Positions 17,301 through 25,092 of a stretch of 37,242 nucleotides of DNA are shown here, one piece after another (within the stretch, counting starts at the first letter, position 1; each line of letters starts with the position of its first letter). The stretch is taken from contig JAYXVG010000001.1 in the NCBI GenBank assembly GCA_036021875.1, positions 1-37,242 of the forward strand. The letters run 5' to 3'. The notes under the pieces were generated by a model, which saw only the letters and a list, made by a program, of their open reading frames with translations, made no database searches and was not told the DNA's origin. Both the position numbers and the translations under genes were made by a program. Source of the stretch: Thermoplasmatota archaeon. GTDB lineage: Archaea > Thermoplasmatota > Poseidoniia > Poseidoniales > Poseidoniaceae.

Positions 17301-18753
17301 TGCCTCAGGAGATTACACATTCAAGATTTGGGCTGCAGACAGTGATTTTTGCAAAGACGATACTACTGATGAAACATGTGTAGTGGTGACATTGAACCTT
17401 AAGATCTCTAACGAGAATGCGCGTCCCAACATTGCCTTAGATAACCCACTAAACAATGATGTAGTAAGGGGCAGTGAATCCACCGCAATTTCTGGTTATG
17501 TATGGGATAATGACGGTATCATCACACGTGTGGATATCGATATTTACAAGAATGGTCGTGATAGCGGTTCAGCACCTAACACAATATCAATTACTCAGAA
17601 CCTAATCCAATCTGGCGAATTTAATACATCATGGAATCAAAACACCATCTGGAAGACCAATAATTTACCACATAATTCACAATATGAAATAGTAGTTCGA
17701 TCGTTTGATGGCGAATCATATTCCGAGGAGGAATCGAGATTCATAACCATTGACAACTCTGTCGATAACTCTCCACCATCCTTCAATTCCGAGGGCTGGG
17801 CTAATACAGTAGTTGTTTACTGTGATGCGAATTCAAAGAGCCTAGACCGTTGTGGAACTGGTGCGACATTTGATTTGACACAATTTTTCACGGACCCTGA
17901 GGGTGGATTGTTAAGATTCGATGTTTACAACGACCCAAGTGTCAGCACTGATGATTTGTATTACGATTATGTATCGATCTCCTCGGAAGGAATAGCAACC
18001 TACAATCCACCGACAACTAGGTCAGATGATATATCACAGTGGTCACTTGCACAATTGAAGTTTGTCGCCACAGACAATGCAGATCTCTGGGAAGTCTCCC
18101 GATCAGTAAATGTAATAGTAAAATCCGTAACATTTGAGGTGTCAAGGGATGGAAGTGGGATCATTAGCAATTCCGAACCAGCAGTATTCACAGGCCAAGG
18201 ACTACCCAACAGCCTAGTCAAAGCTCGACTAGACTCATCATCTGGTCAATTGGTTAATTCAACAAGGGTTTTGCCAGATGGAACCTGGTCAATGCAGATT
18301 AGCGCAAGTCAGCTTGGAAGTAAAGACACCAGGGATATAGTCTTCGAAATGGATGGACAGATATTTTCCGATGAGCGAGGGGATGATGTGTTATTCAAAC
18401 TATCATCTGCAGAAGATTCAGATGGAGGAGGTATTTTGCTATACATAATTATCGCAGTTGTGGTAATTGCGGTATTGATAGCTGTTGGAGCATTTTTCTT
18501 TACCTTTGAAGAGTATGATGAAGAAGAGGATTTTTCAGCTGCTCAACAAGTTCAGGAAGATCCATATGCATGGGCCAAAGCAAAGCAGACTCCAACAATT
18601 CCACAACAGGTAACCCAGCAACCTGTCGCTGAACAATCTGTGGTACAAACCCAAACTGCTGTGCAACAGAGTTCACAACATCCTGGATGGTTATGGGATG
18701 CTCAATCCAATCAGTGGGTTCCTGACCCTAACTACGTTCACGAGCAACAATGA
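14344..18753 (+). CDS. Large type-I membrane surface protein: signal peptide, parallel beta-helix (PbH1-like) repeats, Ig/cadherin-like modules, TM helix, acidic and Gln-rich cytoplasmic tail
   Basis: Signal peptide MSSNLKKKSVSMIVLMFMSVMLSMITVPAVSA. Beta-helix style repeats: NTISGAEQGSGIAIRSS, DNNIGPIQGYNGLWIYG, GNRITNTGAEAVV, ENNVIENNSG, YNNVVKGNLGDALRIKG, VQNNDM. TM helix ILLYIIIAVVVIAVLIAVGAFFF (about 18433-18507), then an EEYDEEEDF... Q-rich tail. Confidence 0.8.
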   Translation: MSSNLKKKSVSMIVLMFMSVMLSMITVPAVSAAGINQTTEGLLNGQETWTGTHTLTGNVTVAPGATLVVNAGSTINIPYGKHIDVRGAICVGSRACGAPSDGSPSDAVSFTWSLPSESEYLARGPCYGSIDAACGSGMIIRNTIDEAKTGLNFVNFENAFGYEYIYFVGGNPNAKYAALIFDGPRTTANGLTFTNTNTSNVFLTNLANPTISDSTFSLGVDAYSLGMRSAIDALGAGAGISDPVIISGSSFTGDSEGSCGNSGSGIQMIYADNSYIAIDDISINDNGYGVFFKQSSGSITNSVIDINCNAVNTNGFKQTGSIKHTLVIDDNTLTTSEGAGITAYDQARISASRNTISGAEQGSGIAIRSSTADLYDNNIGPIQGYNGLWIYGTSEVRAIGNRITNTGAEAVVHGEYHYRDSGWPSIQPSESRLYLENNVIENNSGICNSENTYGGDDFQCPAIHIFRASATIYNNVVKGNLGDALRIKGGIVNVQNNDMQTESFAVNISHHDTNYGEKFGSIGYFSGNTFTGALQVYNITESMVTIQSENIPAPGGNELYPINLQWLGAECPDVQNECLKLPNTANMPPEGMPMALELVNNSTVLSYAGLQNFDVSKIHVKNQQSAWGNQVREGELVKFRVKASNVDVEGATVIIKDAIGTPLYTLTTNAQGYTDEVTLASNFYLDRNLNHAVGESNVQVQLANASGGPPIIRTLDENTCSDGYDNDGDTLTDDADDDCIGGREIPQYKVEAFKFGKGVLEYDFVLTGPVDDIISLQNMAPSVTVEQPELTSFARVVSLSGTAWDGEAPPYASDVIAQQKQFGYVEAVQVQPPGSDLWLNAIDTSNSGGEITQASYPFSTWAFEYDMSEYADGEGDVTFRVRSFDGLEYSPITVKKYKLNLQAPSIVVNTPAQNSQHDPNSPKGSVVSFSGTASDPYFGVNGNDIKEIWFEITEDSNPQFTSKFALTASPGETLSAWQYDWDYRTYASGDYTFKIWAADSDFCKDDTTDETCVVVTLNLKISNENARPNIALDNPLNNDVVRGSESTAISGYVWDNDGIITRVDIDIYKNGRDSGSAPNTISITQNLIQSGEFNTSWNQNTIWKTNNLPHNSQYEIVVRSFDGESYSEEESRFITIDNSVDNSPPSFNSEGWANTVVVYCDANSKSLDRCGTGATFDLTQFFTDPEGGLLRFDVYNDPSVSTDDLYYDYVSISSEGIATYNPPTTRSDDISQWSLAQLKFVATDNADLWEVSRSVNVIVKSVTFEVSRDGSGIISNSEPAVFTGQGLPNSLVKARLDSSSGQLVNSTRVLPDGTWSMQISASQLGSKDTRDIVFEMDGQIFSDERGDDVLFKLSSAEDSDGGGILLYIIIAVVVIAVLIAVGAFFFTFEEYDEEEDFSAAQQVQEDPYAWAKAKQTPTIPQQVTQQPVAEQSVVQTQTAVQQSSQHPGWLWDAQSNQWVPDPNYVHEQQ

Positions 18754-18756
18754 TTT

Positions 18757-18761
18757 GGTGA
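18757..18761 (+). promoter_or_regulatory. Shine-Dalgarno (GGTGA) for the STAND regulator, inside the 12-nt spacer after the beta-helix gene
   Basis: tga tttGGTGAtaag ATG. The 12-nt intergenic distance implies co-transcription and coupled translation. Confidence 0.45.
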
Positions 18762-18765
18762 TAAG

Positions 18766-21288
18766 ATGGCAAATGCGAAGCCCGGTGTGCAGGAAAGAAT
18801 CTTGCTGCACTTGCTAGACTATTCTGATTACAAGAATAGTGTCGAGGTTCCATTCTCACTATCACAGATGGGTATTGCTAATGCAGTGGCGATCGCTCGG
18901 TCAAATGTACCAAGAGCAATTGCTGGGTTAAAGGATCAAGGGCTCCTCATCGAAAGACAGGCGCATGTCAAAGGTGTATCTAGAAAAAGGAAAGCATACT
19001 TCTTGACAGACTCTGGTAAGAATCTTGCAGAGGATACTTGGAATAATTTACGGTCATTTCCGGTAAGATGTATCCTGAATGATGGCAAGATAGAATCTTC
19101 AACTTTGGGAGAAATAAACACAATTTTGCCATTTACCATGCGCTCTGTAGACATAATCAGGTATATGGATGACAACTGTATTTTGGACTCAAGAACGCTA
19201 TCTGCAGACCTTATTGAACGAGATTTATCAAAGCACGTCGAGAAACAATTGGTAACAGCCCTTGGAGATTTACCAAGGCTTCGTCATTTTTACGGAAGGG
19301 AAAAAGAGTTGGATAATATGTTCAACCTGTTGGAGGCTAGGGCCACAACCCTACTAGTTCCGGGTATCGCCGGTATTGGTAAAACTACTATGGCAAGTAA
19401 GTTGATTGAACGATTCATGCATCGTCGCAATTTGATGTATCACCGTTGTCAAGACTGGGAAGGGTCAAGGGCATTTTTTGAGTCTATTGGAGAGTGGCTA
19501 GCAAATATCGGTGACTCTACGTTTGCTGATTACATTGCCACTACTCCGGTGCCTAAGCCTGCAGAGGCCGCTAATTTGTTAATCGATGCACTTGAAGGTA
19601 CACCGTCATTAATAGTAATTGATGATTTTCATAAAGTCGCAGACGCAACCTTACACCAAACCTTCCAGGCTATGGCATTGGGTTTGCTGGGTAGCGAAGA
19701 AAAAATTGGCTTAGTATTGTTTTCTAGGTCATTTAAGCCAGTAGTTCCTTCCAAAGATGCAGAAGGCCGAATAGCTAGTTTGGTTTTACCTCTAGACGGA
19801 CTAGACTCAGATTCAGGGCGTAATTTACTGAGTAGTTTTGAAAATCTCGAAGATGAACAATGGCTGTATATCCATGGAATCTCTCGTGGACACCCCCTTG
19901 TTTTGGAATTGATAAACCGAGGTGCGTCTGCGACTGCTTTTCATGAGACTTTGGAAAATTACGTCACTGTTGAGATATTTTCCAAGTTAAGCGCCGAACA
20001 AAAACGTGTCTTATCTGTGTTATCAATATTTAGGGAGCCGGTCTCAATCGATGCTCTATCTGAACAAAAACTGGATATCGATGTATTGGACTCACTAGTT
20101 GAACAAGGATTGGCTCGACAAGTAGATAGTGAAGTATATGATGTCCATGACTTGATTAGAGAATTTCTACTTCGCAGTTTGGACGAAGAATTGAAGATTG
20201 ACCTACACAACAAATGCAGCTCATGGTATCAAAAATTCAGTAGTGAGCCAGTTTTCACTATTGAGTTAATATTCCATTTAGTAAGCTCTGACAACATGGC
20301 AGAGGCAGCAGAAATAATTGTCAAGAACGGCAGAAGTCTAATTTCGCAAGGGCACATGGAGCTACTAGGGTTAATCGACTCACTAAATTCAACAGAGTTA
20401 TCAGATAGTGTGTCTACCAAGGTCAATCACTACAAAGGAGAGATTCTAGCACTTCTTGGAAAGTTTGAGGATGCTAAACAAGCCTTCCTAGATGCCCAAG
20501 AAACAGCCAGTGAGACAAAGGATGTTAATACTCAGGCTGAACTATTGTCTGCCTTAGCTGATATTTCGCTTAAGCAGGGTAATTTGGATGAGTCATTGAC
20601 AATGCACAGAGATGCACTCCAAATTTTCATCAAACTAAAAGATGCCATCGGTGCAGCGAGAAGTTACAATAACATGGGCTACATCTTGCGCAGGAAAAAT
20701 GACAAATCAAAAGCATTGGAATCATATGGTGAAGTTGAGGCTATACTCAGAGAGAATAATGACAGTGAGTTGATTGGTTCACAATTGATTTTGGCTAGAT
20801 CACTTATGGATTTGGGTGAGATTGAACGAGCTAGAGACCATGCTTTAGAAGCGTTCGATAAGACGGACAAGCTTAATGACAAACAGTTACATGCTAGGTC
20901 ACAGGCAGTGCTTGGAAGGTATTACGCAAAAGTTGGTGACTCAGATGTTGCATCGCACCACTACTCACAGGCATTGGAAGCTATGAACGAGGAAGGGGAC
21001 ATATTGGCAATGGTAGACATAACTATTCTATTGGGTGAAGTCTTACAGGATTCGGGTAAAAATGATGAGGCTATGGAACACTTTAGGGAAGCTCTCGTGA
21101 TTGCCGAAGCAAATGATTTACGAATGCAAATTGGTGAATTATTAATCCGGTTAGGTAGTGTTGCACCAGAGAAATCACGACGAATGGAATATTTACAAAG
21201 AGCCCTCTCAGTATTTAGAGAACTTGGGGCTAAATCTAGGATGCGTGAGGTTCAGACTAGAGTACACAATGCTGTGATGGGAAGGTGA
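18766..21288 (+). CDS. wHTH - STAND/AAA_16-type P-loop NTPase - TPR protein (MalT/AfsR-like signal-transducing regulator)
   Basis: N-terminal winged-helix-like segment: FSLSQMGIANAVAIARSNVPRAIAGLKDQGLLIERQ...KAYFLTDSGKNLAE. Then FYGREKELDNM..LLVPGIAGIGKTT (Walker A 19363-19386) and LIVIDDFHK (Walker B 19609-19626). The C-terminal ~300 aa are TPR-like repeats (ARSYNNMGYILRRKNDKSKALESY, ARSQAVLGRYYAKVGDSDVASHHYSQALE, MEHFREALVIAE). Confidence 0.8.
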   Translation: MANAKPGVQERILLHLLDYSDYKNSVEVPFSLSQMGIANAVAIARSNVPRAIAGLKDQGLLIERQAHVKGVSRKRKAYFLTDSGKNLAEDTWNNLRSFPVRCILNDGKIESSTLGEINTILPFTMRSVDIIRYMDDNCILDSRTLSADLIERDLSKHVEKQLVTALGDLPRLRHFYGREKELDNMFNLLEARATTLLVPGIAGIGKTTMASKLIERFMHRRNLMYHRCQDWEGSRAFFESIGEWLANIGDSTFADYIATTPVPKPAEAANLLIDALEGTPSLIVIDDFHKVADATLHQTFQAMALGLLGSEEKIGLVLFSRSFKPVVPSKDAEGRIASLVLPLDGLDSDSGRNLLSSFENLEDEQWLYIHGISRGHPLVLELINRGASATAFHETLENYVTVEIFSKLSAEQKRVLSVLSIFREPVSIDALSEQKLDIDVLDSLVEQGLARQVDSEVYDVHDLIREFLLRSLDEELKIDLHNKCSSWYQKFSSEPVFTIELIFHLVSSDNMAEAAEIIVKNGRSLISQGHMELLGLIDSLNSTELSDSVSTKVNHYKGEILALLGKFEDAKQAFLDAQETASETKDVNTQAELLSALADISLKQGNLDESLTMHRDALQIFIKLKDAIGAARSYNNMGYILRRKNDKSKALESYGEVEAILRENNDSELIGSQLILARSLMDLGEIERARDHALEAFDKTDKLNDKQLHARSQAVLGRYYAKVGDSDVASHHYSQALEAMNEEGDILAMVDITILLGEVLQDSGKNDEAMEHFREALVIAEANDLRMQIGELLIRLGSVAPEKSRRMEYLQRALSVFRELGAKSRMREVQTRVHNAVMGR

Positions 21289-21290
21289 AG

Positions 21291-21761
21291 TCACTGCGGT
21301 CGATTGACATCGATTGAAGTGATGCCATCAATGTGGGTTATCCAAATCATTTGAGCACCTGATAACTCTACCGAACCAGTATGAGTGCCAGATCCAGTCC
21401 CTGATATGAACACCTCAGTATCCAAAGAGCCTCCTTCATCGATCAAGATTAGTGAATTATCTGTTAATTCTATCGAAAATAAATTTTCGTCGGCTTCTGT
21501 TGCTCGCCACCAAACACATTCTGTGTATTCAATATCACCGAGACGACTTGCTTCGTCCGCCCGTTCAATCGCCGCTGAAAGATCATCAAGGTTCATCTGT
21601 ATTGCTTCTTCATTCCATCTCTCGCGCGTAGCCGTCTCAATATCCCATGTCCATATGCTAAAAACAGAGAGTAACAATACCCCCAGTAGGAATGTGAAAA
21701 TGTAGCCCAATTCGGTCGCTGCGCCTGAGACGTCTTTGACTCTGGTGGAATTTCTCATCAT
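21291..21761 (-). CDS. Small prepilin-like (class III signal peptide-like) protein, third gene of the coupled triad
   Basis: N-terminus MMRNSTRVKDVSGAATELGYIFTFLLGVLLLSVFSIW: charged head, then a ~22-aa hydrophobic helix. The ATG overlaps the upstream stop (ATGA, 21758-21761) and is preceded by a strong SD. Confidence 0.6.
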   Translation of the reverse strand: MMRNSTRVKDVSGAATELGYIFTFLLGVLLLSVFSIWTWDIETATRERWNEEAIQMNLDDLSAAIERADEASRLGDIEYTECVWWRATEADENLFSIELTDNSLILIDEGGSLDTEVFISGTGSGTHTGSVELSGAQMIWITHIDGITSIDVNRPQ

Positions 21762-23983
21762 TCTATCGCCTCCTCCATAGTTACATCTAGTGACGACAGT
21801 TGCAGACTGAACTGAATTTGTTCACCATTGGTATGCCACACGGCCTCAGAAGTTCCAATACTCGGGTCTGGAACCCATCCAACATAATCAGTTAGCAAAT
21901 CTAAGTTGCCAGGATAAATCGTCCAATCAAGGCTCTGGTCTAATCCACTCGCTGCTGAATTAGCGATTGCTGAGCCATATGGGCTATACCACCCTCTTCT
22001 AACCTCATAAGATATTTCAGATGCTAACGATTCACGGTAGGCTAATTCAATGTCTAAGTTCATCAATCCAGAGCCAACGGTACTATCTGAGGTCGGGTTC
22101 AGCGCTGGTATTGTAGAAGCAAATCTAGGACCAGGTCCAGATCTATCATTTGGCTGCTTCAATATAGTAGGCAAGAACTCTGGATGGTTAGTGAGAACCG
22201 CACCGTTGGAATATGCAACCTCCATACCAGTCACGGAGGAAGTAAACTCATAGGTTAGCCTCGATATATGAAATATCCAAGCTGACGCAACGGTGGTGTA
22301 GTCGGAAGAAACACCTCCAGCAATTAAATCAACAGAATAACTAGATGGGTGGAGGCCCTTGCTCCAAGCGTCCAGAATTTGTAGTTCGCTACGGCCGGCA
22401 ACAGTAGACCATGGAAGGTCGGTTGAAATCCAACCACTTGCTGTTGTGTCTATGCCGACACAGCGTTCCTCGCCATCGTGGCTCAGTTGGATAAGGCCTG
22501 AATCGCCGCTCAACCGGTAAACTCTCACTGGATGGCCTTCAGTGACTGTAATTTCATGAATTCCACTTTCCACACTAAATGTATGAAATTTGTTTTGATA
22601 GTCTGAGGTGTGATTGAAGCTGTTTTGACCGGAGTAATTCCAAGTTGTTTCAAAGCCTGCAATTTGTGTAGCCAAATTGTCCGAGGAATCATCGTTATGG
22701 ACAGTAATCAGATGTTTTTGGCCAGAGGAAAATCCAGTATCATATGCCGGTATCATGCTAAATCCAATACTGTTTTGATTCGATCGATTGTTATGCCAAT
22801 TGACAATTATTTCATTATCGACATCGATGATTGGTGATCCACTCATGCCAGATGGGGGCCATGATATTAACTCACTCGAAAGGCCTGGAATTGAAATTCC
22901 ACCACTTTGCCAAGTTGCTGTAGCGGTGGTATCGGATGGATTCGTAAGCTCGAGGTATCCTGTTAATTGTGGGGTCATAAATTCGGTTCCTAGGTAGGCT
23001 CCAGTGTTTGAATTAATATTGATTATCCCACTATTTCCGCTAGTGTCGGTGATGAGAATCAGTCTTGATTGGGAACTGGTAGTAACTGAAAGAATTCCTG
23101 GTTCAGTCAGCGTTATTGACTTATTCCAATAGGTTCCGGTTCTGGGATCATCATTTTCGGTGACAAAGCTCGTTTCTTCCAAACCGTTGATTTCGGCAGT
23201 AATCTTGTTCCCCGTTTTGCTGATTATTTGAACCACTGATTCTCCGGCGGGTATGGGAATTGTCCAAGACCTGCCACTACGATCTATTTTACTAGGATTA
23301 TCTGGAGCTACCATGGCTGCACCACCTAGACCGGAACTCCCGAAAATCACTAGTTCATGGCTCGACTCAACCATCAACTGGTTGAACGTAGTTACATCGA
23401 TACTTACAGACTCATCAACATTCATTTCCACTATTTCTGCGAGGGTTTCAACGTCAATCAGTTTGATTTTAATCGGGCCTAGAGGTGATGCTAATCCCTG
23501 ATTCGCAGATATTTCTATTGCATCAATCCAGTTAGGAATCGAATAATAGAATGGCCTTGTCGGTCCTAAACGCAAATCATCATAGCAAATCGCTGTTGTT
23601 ACGCTTTCAGGATGTTTAACTTCCACAGTATCATCAAAATCTAGTATTCCTTTCATTCTAAATGTGGTGTCGTCTAACCAAGTGGCTGAATACCACATGC
23701 CGCCGCGAGTGCTGTCCCAAGATAGGCTTCCATCAAGCGGAATTAACTCAACTTCAGTAGAATCGCCGGGCATACCATGCTCACTGAGAACTTCGGTTTG
23801 TTGGGCAAGAATCATCATTTGGGAAGACATATCATCGCGTTCTATTGAACCTTCCAGTTCTTCGATTATTGGTAACATCGATATGAGCATCAACCCAATT
23901 ATCGAAACCACACCGCCGAATAATAGAACCGTTGCGATAGCTGCTGAAACAGCGTTTTCATCACGTGTTAAGTTGTGTCTCAT
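21758..23983 (-). CDS. Large (741 aa) prepilin-like/class III signal peptide protein with a big extracellular domain
   Basis: N-terminus MRHNLTRDENAVSAAIATVLLFGGVVSIIGLMLISML resembles the archaeal pilin N-terminal signature (D/E-x-AVS-x-[VI]-[IG]-x-[VI]-L-[LM]). The rest is Ser/Thr/Gly-rich and looks beta-rich, with no further TM. The start overlaps the upstream stop (ATGA at 23980-23983), and ggtggag lies just upstream. Confidence 0.65.
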   Translation of the reverse strand: MRHNLTRDENAVSAAIATVLLFGGVVSIIGLMLISMLPIIEELEGSIERDDMSSQMMILAQQTEVLSEHGMPGDSTEVELIPLDGSLSWDSTRGGMWYSATWLDDTTFRMKGILDFDDTVEVKHPESVTTAICYDDLRLGPTRPFYYSIPNWIDAIEISANQGLASPLGPIKIKLIDVETLAEIVEMNVDESVSIDVTTFNQLMVESSHELVIFGSSGLGGAAMVAPDNPSKIDRSGRSWTIPIPAGESVVQIISKTGNKITAEINGLEETSFVTENDDPRTGTYWNKSITLTEPGILSVTTSSQSRLILITDTSGNSGIININSNTGAYLGTEFMTPQLTGYLELTNPSDTTATATWQSGGISIPGLSSELISWPPSGMSGSPIIDVDNEIIVNWHNNRSNQNSIGFSMIPAYDTGFSSGQKHLITVHNDDSSDNLATQIAGFETTWNYSGQNSFNHTSDYQNKFHTFSVESGIHEITVTEGHPVRVYRLSGDSGLIQLSHDGEERCVGIDTTASGWISTDLPWSTVAGRSELQILDAWSKGLHPSSYSVDLIAGGVSSDYTTVASAWIFHISRLTYEFTSSVTGMEVAYSNGAVLTNHPEFLPTILKQPNDRSGPGPRFASTIPALNPTSDSTVGSGLMNLDIELAYRESLASEISYEVRRGWYSPYGSAIANSAASGLDQSLDWTIYPGNLDLLTDYVGWVPDPSIGTSEAVWHTNGEQIQFSLQLSSLDVTMEEAIE
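21769..21776 (-). promoter_or_regulatory. Strong Shine-Dalgarno (GGAGGAGG) for the 156-aa gene, embedded in the last codons of the 741-aa gene
   Basis: Minus strand reads ctatGGAGGAGGcgatagaATGATG, a 7-nt spacer to ATG 21761. The same bases encode ...MEEAIE* of the upstream gene. Confidence 0.5.
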
Positions 23984-25059
23984 TTCTCCACCACAACCTC
24001 ATTAATTGAAACATCAAAATAAACCGGTTGTCCTGCTGAACTTACGCTTATTCCGTCTGCACCACTGGCTCTTTCATAGGGGGATAGACCAATGAACTCA
24101 TCGAGAGTTCCTGATGCTCTATTCATGGTATATTCAGACAGCCATTTGTCATCATATTGCGGCGATATAACTTGAGCAACAGAATTTGTCAGTGAATATC
24201 TCACATTGAAACATTCACCAGAGAAAGGGTTGATACTCCCCATAGACAATATATCAATACCCAAATGATTTGCGCTGCCTAAACTCCCGTTCACTTCGAT
24301 GTTGGTTAATATTATTGATAACCTAACACCACCAGTGGCCAAATTATCAAATTCAACTCTTGGGAACTTACTTATCTCCCAAGCCGAGTCGGCAAAATGT
24401 TCGATTCTTGCGTTATTTACCAAGTATATTTCATGCTCCCCGTTACCTAAACTTGTAATAATTCTCAGACCAGAGATGGTATATTTTACCGCTCGGTGTA
24501 TGGGGTCGTCATTTTCATTTAACACGGTGACAATATACCAATCTGTTAGTTGTAAATTATGCTCCACAAGCCCGTTATCCCCTGAGATAGGGAAAAATGA
24601 AATTCCATATTCATGCTGAATTGACACCGCTGATGCGGTTGAATTAACACTCTCTACTACGAAACTAGATGATGTAAAATCTGAAATCTTGATAATGTCA
24701 TCGGGTGATAAATCAGCGCTGATTGACCAAATTTCTAGGTTGCTTACACCTTGTAGCATGGAGGTTCGCATTCCCAATTTGTGCCGAATACCAGTTCCTT
24801 CGGGGGAGTCAGCAGCCACATCTATGCGATCTTCTAGACGGTCAGCGATACCATTTGCTGCATTCCAGTTTGTATTATCTTCAAAATCTGAAATGTATGG
24901 GTTAAGGAATACCCATACCCCACCCATTATCGAGACAACCATCGCCAGCATCATTATGACGCCCAAAACCTCACTGACTGCAGCGACATCTGGTTCGCTT
25001 CGCAGCCTATTCCTAAGCCGCTTATTGGGTGCCATGGTGTGCTCATGTTCTGGTATCAT
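23980..25059 (-). CDS. Prepilin-like (archaeal type IV pilin N-terminal domain) protein, 359 aa, first gene of the triad
   Basis: RLRNRLRSEPDVAAVSEVLGVIMMLAMVVSIMGGVWVFL closely matches the archaeal Pilin_N (former DUF1628) pattern AVSxVIGVILMxAIxV. An alternative start is M9 at 25035. Confidence 0.7.
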   Translation of the reverse strand: MIPEHEHTMAPNKRLRNRLRSEPDVAAVSEVLGVIMMLAMVVSIMGGVWVFLNPYISDFEDNTNWNAANGIADRLEDRIDVAADSPEGTGIRHKLGMRTSMLQGVSNLEIWSISADLSPDDIIKISDFTSSSFVVESVNSTASAVSIQHEYGISFFPISGDNGLVEHNLQLTDWYIVTVLNENDDPIHRAVKYTISGLRIITSLGNGEHEIYLVNNARIEHFADSAWEISKFPRVEFDNLATGGVRLSIILTNIEVNGSLGSANHLGIDILSMGSINPFSGECFNVRYSLTNSVAQVISPQYDDKWLSEYTMNRASGTLDEFIGLSPYERASGADGISVSSAGQPVYFDVSINEVVVEK

Positions 25060-25092
25060 TTATGCATTGACCTAGAAAATGTGCAAAAACTG

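Noticed and set aside
18766-21288. Calling the STAND-TPR gene an antiviral Avs-like defence gene
   Set aside because: The N-terminal module looks like a winged-helix DNA-binding domain rather than a nuclease, protease, TIR or SIR2 effector. No other defence genes are nearby, and the gene is coupled to a surface-protein gene. It is kept as an alternative inside the finding, not as the call.
21291-25059. Interpretation of the triad as part of an archaellum (ArlF/ArlG-like) operon
   Set aside because: The window has no archaellin genes and no ArlH/I/J or ArlC/D/E. Sizes of 359 and 741 aa are far beyond ArlF/G. Only the generic class III N-terminus is shared.
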